In this document: piece after piece, positions 37,980 through 47,972 of the stretch
Layout of the letters: each line of letters starts with the position of its first letter
Position numbering within the stretch: position 1 is the stretch's first letter
Assembly: GCA_043817315.1 (NCBI GenBank)
Contig: JBDRGY010000004.1
Span: forward strand, 64,797 to 128,796
DNA: 64,000 nucleotides
Direction: 5' to 3'
From: Patescibacteria group bacterium
Lineage (GTDB): Bacteria > Patescibacteriota > Patescibacteriia > JBDRGY01
Translations under genes and position numbers: made by a program
The notes under the pieces: generated by a model
What the model was told of the DNA's origin: nothing
Databases searched by the model: none
What the model saw: only the letters and a program-made list of their open reading frames with translations

Positions 37980-38834
37980 ATGGCCTTTATACTAGTCGGA
38001 TTTTTTATCTTGGTATCGGGGGTCATTTATATAGCTATCTACCACTTCCTTCATCCACGGCGTCAGCCCAAACAAGCCATTCCGGAGGACTATGGGGTTA
38101 AGTATGAGGATGTCACTTTCCAGGCTGAAGACGCTTTTGAGTTGCGGGGTTGGTTTATTCCGGCAGCAAATCCTACAGATAAAGTGATTATTATTTGTCA
38201 CGGTTATCGTGGTAATAAGACACATACTTTGGAATGGGGGCTTTTTTTAAGGGATAAATATAATTTATTTTACTTTGATTTTCGGACTCACGGTAAAAGC
38301 CAGGGGAAAGTAACCACCTTTGGTTACCACGAAAGGAAGGATGTTGAGGCGGCTATTTGCTACCTGAGAACCCGGTCCGGTATTGATCATAACCAAATCG
38401 GAGTGATGGGGCTTTCTATGGGAGCCAGGACTGCACTATTGAGCTCCATAAAGAATCAGGAAATCAAAGCCATAGTAGCTGATAGTACCCCTCTAGACTT
38501 TGAAGGAATAATCAAAGTTTTTCGCAACTACTATTTTATAAAGTGGCCCCTGATAAAACTGGCCCGTTTTTATTCTAATAAATTTCTACACTTCAGCCTT
38601 GATGAAATGTCCCTGAAGAGAAAAGCTAAAAAGATCAAAATTCCGGTCTTGATGATTCATGCCAAGAATGATCCGGTGGTTCATGCTTACAATTCCCAAA
38701 TGGTTTATCAGAATTTAGGCGGGCCCAAAGAACTTTGGATGACTGATTGTTTTGAACACGGCCGTTCCTATTTTTCGTTTAAGCGAGATTACCAGGAAAA
38801 AGTGCTGCAGTTTTTCGGTCGATACATCAGATAG
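37980..38834 (+). CDS. alpha/beta-hydrolase fold protein with N-terminal TM helix
   Basis: It has the nucleophile elbow GLSMGA and the motifs HGYRGN and MIHAKNDPVV. Confidence 0.6.
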   Translation: MAFILVGFFILVSGVIYIAIYHFLHPRRQPKQAIPEDYGVKYEDVTFQAEDAFELRGWFIPAANPTDKVIIICHGYRGNKTHTLEWGLFLRDKYNLFYFDFRTHGKSQGKVTTFGYHERKDVEAAICYLRTRSGIDHNQIGVMGLSMGARTALLSSIKNQEIKAIVADSTPLDFEGIIKVFRNYYFIKWPLIKLARFYSNKFLHFSLDEMSLKRKAKKIKIPVLMIHAKNDPVVHAYNSQMVYQNLGGPKELWMTDCFEHGRSYFSFKRDYQEKVLQFFGRYIR

Positions 38835-38908
38835 CCTTTTTGGCCCTATTTCGCAGGATATGGGGCCTTTTTAATTCGCCCAAAAAGTGTTATAATAAAA
38901 AGGAATTT

Positions 38909-40084
38909 ATGAAGCTGAAATCATATATATCAGCGCAGCTCGGCGGGAAAACAGTTATCCTGCGGGTAGCTTATGAAACACCGGTAAAAATGGCAGGGAA
39001 TAGTTTTATGGTGGAAGATGATAACAGACTAAAAGCCTCGTTGCCCACCATTAATTACTTAGTAAAGAAAGAATGCAAGATAGTTCTGGTTTCTTACAAC
39101 GGTAGACCCAAGGGCGAAGAAGAGAAATTGAAAATGGATCCCCAGGCCAAGCGATTGAGTGTGATGTTGGGCAGGAAAATTGATAAATTAGATGATTGTG
39201 TCGGTCCTAAAGTGGAAGAATTTGTGGCTAAGATGCAACCGAAAGAGATTGTTCTTTTAGAAAATACCAGGTTTCATCCGGAAGAAAAGAAAAATAATTC
39301 TGCCTTTGCCAAGAAGCTGGCCAAATTGGGGCAGGTTTTTATTAATGACGCTTTTGCCCAGAGCTATGAACCACACGCTTCAACGACTGCCATTACCAAA
39401 TTCTTGCCGTCTTATGCCGGACCACTATTAATCCAAGAAGTTGAGAATCTTTCTAAAGTGGTACAAAATCCCAAACGGCCCTTTGTGGCCATTATCGGGG
39501 GAGCTAAAATATCCAACAAGATAAAAGTAATTAATAAATTATTAGAGAAGGCGGATTATGTTTTATTGGGTGGCGCCCTGGCCAATACTATTTTGATCGC
39601 CCAAGGCATTCAAGTGGGAACATCTTTGATTGAAGAAGAATATGTAACTATCGCTAAGAAGCTGCCCATTACCAGTTTAAAGCTAAAAATCCCGGTAGAC
39701 GTTCTGGTTGCTTCAACCGCCTTAAGCTCCCAAAGTCTTCCCCGTCCGGTGGGGTCGGTCAAGCCCCAAGAAAAAATCTTGGATATCGGACCGGACACCA
39801 TCGATCTTTACGAAAGAATTATTGCCACAGCCAAGACCATAGTATGGAATGGACCGATGGGGATGTACGAGAAATCCCAGTTCTCCTATGGAACTACCAA
39901 GATTGCCCAGGCAGTAGCCAAGGCCCGGGCCAAAAGCTACGTTGGAGGAGGGGAGACAGTTGATTTTATCAGGGACAATAAATTGGAAAAGCAGATAGAT
40001 TTTATTTCCACCGGCGGCGGCGCCATGTTGCAGTTTATTAAAGACGGAACCTTGCCAGCTTTAAAACCATTAACCATAAAATAA
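38909..40084 (+). CDS. pgk: phosphoglycerate kinase
   Basis: The N-terminus reads LGGKTVILRVAYETP. The C-terminus reads ISTGGGAMLQFIKDG. The frame is open from 38840. Confidence 0.85.
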   Translation: MKLKSYISAQLGGKTVILRVAYETPVKMAGNSFMVEDDNRLKASLPTINYLVKKECKIVLVSYNGRPKGEEEKLKMDPQAKRLSVMLGRKIDKLDDCVGPKVEEFVAKMQPKEIVLLENTRFHPEEKKNNSAFAKKLAKLGQVFINDAFAQSYEPHASTTAITKFLPSYAGPLLIQEVENLSKVVQNPKRPFVAIIGGAKISNKIKVINKLLEKADYVLLGGALANTILIAQGIQVGTSLIEEEYVTIAKKLPITSLKLKIPVDVLVASTALSSQSLPRPVGSVKPQEKILDIGPDTIDLYERIIATAKTIVWNGPMGMYEKSQFSYGTTKIAQAVAKARAKSYVGGGETVDFIRDNKLEKQIDFISTGGGAMLQFIKDGTLPALKPLTIK

Positions 40085-41352
40085 TGAGCAAAATTGCTAA
40101 AATCCACTCTTTGGAAATTTTAGATAGCCGGGGCTATCCCACTATCAAAGCCAAAGTCTATTTGGAAAACGGCGTTTGGGGCGGTGCCTCGGTACCGGCC
40201 GGTGCTTCCAAGGGAAAAAGTGAATCGACTGAACTTCGAGACGGTGACACAAGACGTTATCAGGGTAAGGGGGTGAAAAAGGCCATTTCTATAATAAATA
40301 CCCGCATTCAGCGCTTATTAAAGGGCGTGGACATCAATCTGATGCGGGAGATTGATAATAAAATGATCGAAAGTGACGGCACCAAGACCAAATCGGATAT
40401 GGGGGCCAACACCATCTTGGCCGTTTCTCTGGCCTGTGCCCGGGCCGGTGCTCTGCAAAATCAGAAACCGCTGCACCAGCACATCCGGGAAGTCTATGGC
40501 CTTGGTTTCAAAGACTATCAGTTACCCCTGCCCATGATTAATATTATTAACGGGGGCAAACACGCTGACAGCCGGACTAATATCCAGGAATATATGATAA
40601 TACCCAAGGCTGATAAATATTCGGAAATCATCCGCTACGGGGCTGAGGTTTTTCATCAGCTCAAAGAGATTCTAAGAGCCAAAGGGTTGTCAACCGGAGT
40701 GGGAGACGAAGGAGGATACGCTCCCCATTTTGAAAGCAATGAAATGCCTTTTCAGTTAATCCTGGAAGCGGTTTCTCAAGCCAACATGACAGCCGGAGAA
40801 CAGATTACTCTTGGCATCGATGCCGCGGCCGATAATTTTTATAACCAAGAGCAGAAAAAATATTTTCTGGAATTAGAAAATTCTTCACTGACTTCAGAGC
40901 AGCTGGCCGCCCTCTATTCGGAATGGGCCAACAAGTATCCGATTATTTCTGTGGAAGACGGTTTAGCTGAAGAAGACTTGGATGGCTGGGCCCTGCTCAA
41001 TAGTAAGCTGGGCAATAATATTTTGGTGGTAGGAGATGATCTCTTTGTTACTGATCAAGAAAGATTGAAAATAGGAGTAGCCAAGTCATTAGCCAACGCC
41101 ATCATTATCAAGCCCAATCAAGTGGGCACCCTGACGGAGACAATCGATTGTGTCCAGTTGGCTCAAGCCAACAAGTTTAAAGTAATTGTCTCAAACCGGT
41201 CTGGAGAGACCTGTGACAACTTTATTGCCGATCTGGCCATTGCGGTCAAAGCTGATTTTATCAAAACCGGTTCAATGTGCAGAGGGGAAAGAATAAGTAA
41301 ATATAATCGACTATTGGAAATCGAGGAGGAACTAACTCAAAATGAAGGCTAA
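40084..41352 (+). CDS. eno: enolase
   Basis: 422 aa. It has ILDSRGYPT, SVPAGASKGKSESTELRDGD, and the enolase metal- and substrate-binding layout. Confidence 0.9.
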   Translation: MSKIAKIHSLEILDSRGYPTIKAKVYLENGVWGGASVPAGASKGKSESTELRDGDTRRYQGKGVKKAISIINTRIQRLLKGVDINLMREIDNKMIESDGTKTKSDMGANTILAVSLACARAGALQNQKPLHQHIREVYGLGFKDYQLPLPMINIINGGKHADSRTNIQEYMIIPKADKYSEIIRYGAEVFHQLKEILRAKGLSTGVGDEGGYAPHFESNEMPFQLILEAVSQANMTAGEQITLGIDAAADNFYNQEQKKYFLELENSSLTSEQLAALYSEWANKYPIISVEDGLAEEDLDGWALLNSKLGNNILVVGDDLFVTDQERLKIGVAKSLANAIIIKPNQVGTLTETIDCVQLAQANKFKVIVSNRSGETCDNFIADLAIAVKADFIKTGSMCRGERISKYNRLLEIEEELTQNEG

Positions 41353-42904
41353 TAGACCTTTTTTACTTCTGATCTTAGACGGCTGGGGGATTGCTCCGGC
41401 CAGCAAGGGTAATGCTATTAATCTGGCTAAAACTCCTGTCATCGACCGGCTAAGTAAGAAATACCCCCATACTACCCTGTGTGCCTCAGGTCCTTGTGCT
41501 GGTCTACCCAAAAACCAGGTGGGTAATTCTGAAGCCGGGCATATGAATATCGGGAGCGGAAGGGTAGTGGATCAGGAAGAGATGATCATTACCGAAAGCG
41601 TTGACGACGGTACTTTTTTCAGAAACCCGGCTTTTATAGAGGCGGTTAATCATGTCAAAAGGAACAAAACCAGTCTCCATATCATGGGACTATTGACCTA
41701 TGACCAGAGTCCCCATGCCGACCCAGAACATTTAATGGCTATTATCAAGTTGGCCCGCCAGCACCATTTACCCAAAGTAGTGCTACATTTATTTACTGAT
41801 GGCCGTGATTCACCCCAATTCGCTGCTATCAAGATTGTAAAGGATCTGGAAAAAAAGCTTTATAGTAATGAGATGATCGCTACTATAATGGGCCGTTTTT
41901 ATGCCATGGACCGTAATAAAGCCTGGAAGCGTACCGAAAAAGCGTATAACGCTATGGTTTTAGGCAAGGGGATCAAGGCTGGCTCAGCCGAAGAAGCTAT
42001 TTTGCATGCCTATAACCGTAAAGAGACAGATGAATACATCCAGCCCACAATCTTGATGCAGGACCACAAACCACCTCAAACCATACAAAACGGTGACTCC
42101 ATAATATTCTTCAATTTTCGGTCTGATAGAGCCAGGCAGATTACCAAAGCTTTCGTTCAAAAGAAATTCAACAAGATGAACCCAGGTTCATTCATCCGCA
42201 AAAAAGCCTTACGGGATTTACGGTTTATTGCTATGACTGATTTTGGTCCTGATCTGGACAATGTCTTGACTGCCTTTCCTTCTGAAGACCTGGAAGAAAC
42301 TCTGCCCATGCAATTAGCTGATTTAAAACAACTCTATACTTCGGAAAGCGAGAAGTTCGCGCATGTTACTTACTTTTTTAACGGAGGGTATGCTGATCCG
42401 GTAGGTGGTGAATCCAGGATTATGATACCCTCACCTTCTGTTGAATCATATGCTGAGGTTCCAGAGATGAATATTGAAAAATTGACCAAGGCAGTCCTCA
42501 AACATATCAAAAATGATGAATTCGATTTTATCACCTGCAATTTCCCCAATCCCGATATGGTGGGACATACGGGTAATCTTAAGGCCGGCATCCAAGCCGC
42601 TGAGGCAGTTGATAAGCATACGGGACTTTTGGTAAGGGAGGTACAGGCAAAAAATGGGAAGGCAATTATTACTGCTGATCATGGCAACTTGGAAAACATG
42701 ATAAATCTAAAAACGCAGGAAGTCCATACGGAACACACTACCAACCCAGTACCTTTTATAGTGGTAAGCCAGGACAGTAAGGGGTTCTCTTTAGGCAAAA
42801 AGGGTATCTTGGCCAATATTGCCCCGACAATTTTAGACTTGATGGAGAGAGATATCCCCAAACAGATGAAGAGTAAGAGTTTGATCAGAAAGAAAGCAAG
42901 ATAA
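41342..42904 (+). CDS. gpmI: 2,3-bisphosphoglycerate-independent phosphoglycerate mutase, copy 1
   Basis: 520 aa. It has LLILDGWGIAP, NSEAGHMNIGSGRVV, and a C-terminal MVGHTGN. Confidence 0.85.
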   Translation: MKANRPFLLLILDGWGIAPASKGNAINLAKTPVIDRLSKKYPHTTLCASGPCAGLPKNQVGNSEAGHMNIGSGRVVDQEEMIITESVDDGTFFRNPAFIEAVNHVKRNKTSLHIMGLLTYDQSPHADPEHLMAIIKLARQHHLPKVVLHLFTDGRDSPQFAAIKIVKDLEKKLYSNEMIATIMGRFYAMDRNKAWKRTEKAYNAMVLGKGIKAGSAEEAILHAYNRKETDEYIQPTILMQDHKPPQTIQNGDSIIFFNFRSDRARQITKAFVQKKFNKMNPGSFIRKKALRDLRFIAMTDFGPDLDNVLTAFPSEDLEETLPMQLADLKQLYTSESEKFAHVTYFFNGGYADPVGGESRIMIPSPSVESYAEVPEMNIEKLTKAVLKHIKNDEFDFITCNFPNPDMVGHTGNLKAGIQAAEAVDKHTGLLVREVQAKNGKAIITADHGNLENMINLKTQEVHTEHTTNPVPFIVVSQDSKGFSLGKKGILANIAPTILDLMERDIPKQMKSKSLIRKKAR

Positions 42905-44485
42905 ATGAATAAAAAACCTTTTCTCTTAATTATCCTAGACGGTTGGGGAGTGGCCTCTCCTTCCAGGGGCAATGGCATCAGTTTGTCTAATACCCCCAAC
43001 TTTACCAATTTGGTACAGACTTTTCCCACTTTGACTTTGCAAGCCTCGGGAGAAGCCGTAGGTTTGTCCTGGGGAGAAATGGGAAATTCCGAAGTGGGCC
43101 ACATGAACCTGGGCGGAGGCAAAGTGATTTTTCAGGAATTACCCAGAATTACACGTGCCATTTCTGACGGCAGCTTCCAAGAAAATCAGGGGCTCAATAG
43201 TGCCATAGAGCATGTCAAAAAAAATAATTCTAAATTGCATCTTTTAGGTTTGGTCAGCAACGGTGGAATTCATAGTTTTAATGAACACCTGTATGCCCTG
43301 GTGGAATTAGCCAAACAAAAGGAAATTAATCAGGTTTTTATCCATGTCTTTTTAGACGGGCGAGACACTCCCCACAACAGCGGTTTGACCTTTATTCAGA
43401 AATTACAGAATCATCTCAATGAAGTCGGGGTGGGCAAAATTGCCACAATATCAGGGCGTTTTTACGCTATGGATCGGGATAATCGTTGGGAGCGTACCCA
43501 GAAGGCCTACCTGGCCCTAGCCGAGGGGCAGGCCGATAATAAAGCGGATAATCCGGTTACCGCAGTTGAGCAATCATATAATCAAAAAATATATGATGAA
43601 GAATTTATCCCAACTATGATTATGGAAAACGGCCAGACAGTGGCCAAGATTGATGATAACGACGCCTTAATTTACTTTAATTTCAGGGCGGATAGGGCCC
43701 GGCAACTTACCAAAGCACTGATTTTGCCAGGATTTGAAAAATTTCAACGCCCCAGATCCTTAAAAAATCTGCACCTGGTTACTATGACCAAATATGAGAA
43801 AGATTTACCGGTGACCGTAGCCTTTCCCAAAGAAACAATTGAAAACCCGCTTGGCAAAGTGCTAGCTGCTAATAAAATGACTCAGTTTCATATTGCCGAG
43901 ACAGAAAAATATGCCCACGTTACTTTCTTCTTCAATTGCGGTAAGGAAGATCCTTTCAAGGGAGAGACCCGAGCTCTGGTTCCTTCTCCATCTGTGGCTT
44001 CATACGATCAAAAGCCAGGAATGAGTGCCAACGAAGTCAAAGACCGCTTGATCCAGGAAATTAATTCCGGTAAGCAAGATTTTCTGGTGGTTAATTTTGC
44101 TAACGCCGATATGGTCGGCCATACCGGTAATCTAGAGGCGGTGATCGAGGCTGTCGGTAAAATTGACGTTTATCTGGGAGAAGTGATCAAGGCTGTTTTA
44201 AAAACTGGAGGGTCCGCTATCGTTACAGCCGATCACGGTAATGCGGAAGAATTGGTCAACTTGCAAACAGGCGAAATTCACAAAGAGCACACCACCAATC
44301 CAGTTCCCTGTATCATTGTAGGAGAAGGCTGGAGGAAAACTTCTCCGAACGTAAAATCCGATGATCTAAGCAAGGTTGTCCCTATCGGAGTTTTGTCAGA
44401 CGTGGCTCCCACTATCTTGAGTATTATGGGTAAAGAGAAGCATCCGGAGATGACAGGGAGAGATTTATTGAACTATATTAAATAA
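42905..44485 (+). CDS. gpmI: 2,3-bisphosphoglycerate-independent phosphoglycerate mutase, copy 2
   Basis: 526 aa. It has LLIILDGWGVASP, NSEVGHMNLGGGKVI, and MVGHTGN. It is a tandem paralog of copy 1. Confidence 0.85.
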   Translation: MNKKPFLLIILDGWGVASPSRGNGISLSNTPNFTNLVQTFPTLTLQASGEAVGLSWGEMGNSEVGHMNLGGGKVIFQELPRITRAISDGSFQENQGLNSAIEHVKKNNSKLHLLGLVSNGGIHSFNEHLYALVELAKQKEINQVFIHVFLDGRDTPHNSGLTFIQKLQNHLNEVGVGKIATISGRFYAMDRDNRWERTQKAYLALAEGQADNKADNPVTAVEQSYNQKIYDEEFIPTMIMENGQTVAKIDDNDALIYFNFRADRARQLTKALILPGFEKFQRPRSLKNLHLVTMTKYEKDLPVTVAFPKETIENPLGKVLAANKMTQFHIAETEKYAHVTFFFNCGKEDPFKGETRALVPSPSVASYDQKPGMSANEVKDRLIQEINSGKQDFLVVNFANADMVGHTGNLEAVIEAVGKIDVYLGEVIKAVLKTGGSAIVTADHGNAEELVNLQTGEIHKEHTTNPVPCIIVGEGWRKTSPNVKSDDLSKVVPIGVLSDVAPTILSIMGKEKHPEMTGRDLLNYIK

Positions 44486-44499
44486 TTAATATTAGATAT

Positions 44500-45528
44500 A
44501 TGACCAAGAGAAAATTTCAAGTGGTAACTATCGGTGGGGCTACCAGGGATATCACTTTCCGAACTGATGACGGTGAATTGATTGATACACCTCATCTTTT
44601 GACCAAACAAAAATTGCTGGCTTTCGAGTACGGGGCTAAAATAATCAGCCGGCAGTGTCATTATACCTTGGGGGGTGGAGGAACTAATGCCGCCGTGGGC
44701 TTAACCCGTTTGGGTCTCAAGGTGGCCAGCTTTGTCAACGTGGGCAGTGACAATCTGGGTGGTCAAGTTATTAAAAATCTCCAAGAGCATAAGATCAACA
44801 CCAGTTTAGTCAAAAGGGATAAAAAGGCCATGACCGGATTTTCTCTTCTGGTAATTTCTGGCCAAGCCAAAGACCACGTGGCCTTTTTGTATCGGGGAGC
44901 CAATGACAACATCAGTATTGAGCCTAAAGACATAAAAAAATTCAGTACCGATTGGTTTTATATCACCTCTTTATCGGGTTTACATTGGCCCAAATTGATG
45001 AAGGAAATAATTGAAGCCAAAAAGAAGAAAATAATTAAAATTGGCTGGAATCCCGGTGAGACTCAATTAAAAGCAGGTAAAAAGGGGTTAATTGCTTTAA
45101 TTAAGGAAACTGATGTTTTTATTCTTAATAAAGATGAGACTATCGAACTGATACTCTCAGACCCCAAATTGCCTTCAAAAATCAAGAAAGACACCAGGAA
45201 AATCAATAACGTCAATTTTCTGATAAAGCGGTTGCACAGCTGGGGACCCAAGATAGTGGTACTAACTGACGGTAAAAAGGGTGCTTACGCTTATGACGGA
45301 GAAAAGATATATTTTTCAGAAATTTTGGACACTCCGGTCAAAGATACCACTGGAGCTGGTGATTGTTTCGGTTCCAGCTTTTTAGCCGGGCTGATTCTAT
45401 TCCACGATGATATTGATAAAGCGATCAAGCTGGGCATTGTCAACACTTCCTATTTAGTACAGAAAGTAGGAGCCCAAGAAGGATTGATGAACAAGCAACA
45501 AATTAAAAAACATTTTAAGAAAAAATAA
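44500..45528 (+). CDS. PfkB-family (ribokinase-like) carbohydrate kinase
   Basis: It has GGGGTNAAVGLTRLG and a C-terminal DTTGAGDCFGSSFLAG. Confidence 0.7.
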   Translation: MTKRKFQVVTIGGATRDITFRTDDGELIDTPHLLTKQKLLAFEYGAKIISRQCHYTLGGGGTNAAVGLTRLGLKVASFVNVGSDNLGGQVIKNLQEHKINTSLVKRDKKAMTGFSLLVISGQAKDHVAFLYRGANDNISIEPKDIKKFSTDWFYITSLSGLHWPKLMKEIIEAKKKKIIKIGWNPGETQLKAGKKGLIALIKETDVFILNKDETIELILSDPKLPSKIKKDTRKINNVNFLIKRLHSWGPKIVVLTDGKKGAYAYDGEKIYFSEILDTPVKDTTGAGDCFGSSFLAGLILFHDDIDKAIKLGIVNTSYLVQKVGAQEGLMNKQQIKKHFKKK

Positions 45529-45529
45529 T

Positions 45530-46105
45530 ATGAAGACTCCCATAGCCATATCGGCTCGTCATATACACCTTTGTCAGAAAGATTTAGAACAACTTTTCGG
45601 AAAAGGTTATCAATTGACTAAAGCCAAAGACCTCAAACAAAAAGGGGAATTCGCCTCCAAGGAAACAGTAACTCTAAAAGGACCGAAAGGGGATCTGGAT
45701 GGAGTAAGAATTTTGGGGCCAGTCAGGGAGCAGAGTCAGGTAGAGATCAGCAAAACTGACGCCAGACGGTTGGGAATAGTGGCGCCAGTTCGTCTGTCAG
45801 GAAATCTATCAGGTTCTGGCTCAATTAATATGGTTGGTCCGAAGTCCTCACTTGATTTAAAAGAAGGGGTAATTGTGGCCAAAAGACATATTCACCTTTC
45901 AGAGAAAGAGGCCAAGAAAAACAATATCGCTAATGACCAGATTGTTTCCGTCAAGGTAGAAGGTGATAGGGAATTAATTTTTAATCAGGTAGTGGTTCGA
46001 GTTTCCGATCGGTACCAGCTGGAGATGCACCTGGATACTGATGAGGCTAACGCGGCAGATCTGGGTAATAAGGGAGAAGGGGAGATCTTGATTAATGTTG
46101 CTTAG
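45530..46105 (+). CDS. pduL: PduL-type phosphate acyltransferase (phosphotransacetylase)
   Basis: 191 aa. It has two internal repeats, each with an RHIHL motif (ISARHIHLCQKDLEQLFG and VAKRHIHLSEKEAKK). Confidence 0.7.
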   Translation: MKTPIAISARHIHLCQKDLEQLFGKGYQLTKAKDLKQKGEFASKETVTLKGPKGDLDGVRILGPVREQSQVEISKTDARRLGIVAPVRLSGNLSGSGSINMVGPKSSLDLKEGVIVAKRHIHLSEKEAKKNNIANDQIVSVKVEGDRELIFNQVVVRVSDRYQLEMHLDTDEANAADLGNKGEGEILINVA

Positions 46106-46391
46106 ATTTCCAGACAAGTTAAAGCAAAACCCGATAGTGGTAATGAGGAAATTTGGATATTACCCCCTACCGGACCCCAAAGCAAAACAGCTCAGTTTCG
46201 TCCGGCGCTTGGGCGCCAACTATTATCCCCGTTGGCATGCCTATCTAAACAAAGAAATGACCGGGATAAAACTGCATCTTGATATGAAAAAACCAAGTTA
46301 CGCAGGACACCACGCCCATTCCGGGGAATATGACAGTGATTTGGTCAAAGAAGAGGGGGAGAGAATCAGGCAATTAATGAGGAATATATGA
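46095..46391 (+). CDS. hypothetical small protein
   Basis: 98 aa. It bridges pduL and ackA with overlapping start and stop. No domain was recognised. Confidence 0.3.
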   Translation: MLLRFPDKLKQNPIVVMRKFGYYPLPDPKAKQLSFVRRLGANYYPRWHAYLNKEMTGIKLHLDMKKPSYAGHHAHSGEYDSDLVKEEGERIRQLMRNI

Positions 46392-47551
46392 ACAATAATA
46401 TACTGGTGATCAATTCTGGCAGCACCACCTTGAAATTTTCGGTATACAACTCTCGACTACAAAAATTGCTAGCCGGCAATTTGGAAGGAATTGGTTTACC
46501 GGGTTCTTTCCTAAGCTACAAGATCGGCAGCCGAACCAAAGTAGTTAAATTTAACGGCCAAATCAAAAATCACCAGCAGGCCCTATCTTTTATTTTTAAG
46601 AATGTAGATTTTTCCTTTGCTGAAATTAAATTAGTAGGACACCGAGTGGCTATCGGAGGGCATCGTTATAAGCAGACCATGCAAGTTTCCAAGAATATTT
46701 TTAAAGAGCTAAAAAAGAATAACGAACTTGCTCCTCTGCACAATCCAGCCAATATGATGGGTCTGGCTGCCTGTTTCCAGTTACTAAAAAAAGCTAAGAA
46801 CTTCGCCATTTTTGATACTTCCTTTTATAAAAACCTGCCGGATTACGCCTATACCTATGCTTTACCTTATGCCCTTGCCAAGAAGTGGCACATCCGCCGC
46901 AACGGTTTTCATGGAACTTCCCACCACTACGTGGCTCAACAAGCAGCTGTCCAATTAAAAAAGTCTTTGAAGAAATTAAACCTGATTACTTGCCATCTGG
47001 GTGGAGGGTGTTCTATTACAGCAATCCGCTCCGGAAAGGCAGTTGACACTTCATTGGGATTTTCCCCCTTGGAAGGATTAGTAATGGGAACCAGACCAGG
47101 AGATCTAGATCCGGCCACCATTCCCTACCTGATGGACAAGATGAAATTATCAACCAAACAGATTTCTCATCTGCTCAATTTTCAATCAGGCTTAATCGGA
47201 ATTTTCGGCAAGAGCAGCGACTTGCGTGAAGTACTTGTTGCCGCCGGTCATCGTGTCCCCGGTTTTAGGAGTAGCTATAAATATAATAAGATTTCCAGAC
47301 AGAAAGCCAAGCTGGCTTTAGCTGTCTACATTTACCGGATCCAAAAATATATTTCTGCCTACGCAGGAATACTGGGCAAGGTAGACGCAATAATTTTTAC
47401 CGCGGGAACCGGAGAAAGAAATCCCGATGTGCGTCGCTTGATAATGAAAGATCTGAAGATGTTAAGGGGCGTTAAAGTTTTGCCCATCCATACTGATGAG
47501 CAATTGATGATAGCCCGGGAGGTAAAGAAGCATGCGCACCCAAAAAGATAA
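46388..47551 (+). CDS. ackA: acetate kinase
   Basis: 387 aa. It has ILVINSGSTTLKF, GHRVAIGG, GFHGTSH, and ITCHLGGGCSITAI. Confidence 0.9.
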   Translation: MNNNILVINSGSTTLKFSVYNSRLQKLLAGNLEGIGLPGSFLSYKIGSRTKVVKFNGQIKNHQQALSFIFKNVDFSFAEIKLVGHRVAIGGHRYKQTMQVSKNIFKELKKNNELAPLHNPANMMGLAACFQLLKKAKNFAIFDTSFYKNLPDYAYTYALPYALAKKWHIRRNGFHGTSHHYVAQQAAVQLKKSLKKLNLITCHLGGGCSITAIRSGKAVDTSLGFSPLEGLVMGTRPGDLDPATIPYLMDKMKLSTKQISHLLNFQSGLIGIFGKSSDLREVLVAAGHRVPGFRSSYKYNKISRQKAKLALAVYIYRIQKYISAYAGILGKVDAIIFTAGTGERNPDVRRLIMKDLKMLRGVKVLPIHTDEQLMIAREVKKHAHPKR

Positions 47552-47951
47552 AAGTGCCGGAGCCATCGTGGTTAATAAACAAAATCAGTTCTTGCTGTTA
47601 TTTCAAAACCAAAATGAATTCTGGGAATTTCCCAAGGGGGAACAGGAAAAGGGAGAAACCGAAAAACAGGCCCTGTGCCGGGAATTATTTGAGGAAACCG
47701 GCATCAAAAAATTCCAGTACCTTCCTGGATTTAAGCAAAAGAGCCATTACCGGTTTCAGCTAAAAGGAGTGCTCCACCAAAAAGAAGTTATCTTTTACTT
47801 AATTCGGACCGAAGATAAGGTGCATTTGTCTGACGAGCATATCAGTTACCGTTGGATACCGTACTCCGGAGCCATCAAGCTGTTAAAACATAAAAATTTG
47901 AGAGATTTATTGAAATCAGCCCAGCAATTTCTTAAATTGTCAGCTAAATAA
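47532..47951 (+). CDS. NUDIX hydrolase
   Basis: The Nudix box reads PKGEQEKGETEKQALCRELFEETGI. Confidence 0.65.
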   Translation: MRTQKDKSAGAIVVNKQNQFLLLFQNQNEFWEFPKGEQEKGETEKQALCRELFEETGIKKFQYLPGFKQKSHYRFQLKGVLHQKEVIFYLIRTEDKVHLSDEHISYRWIPYSGAIKLLKHKNLRDLLKSAQQFLKLSAK

Positions 47952-47972
47952 AACTATATTATAATAAAGACA

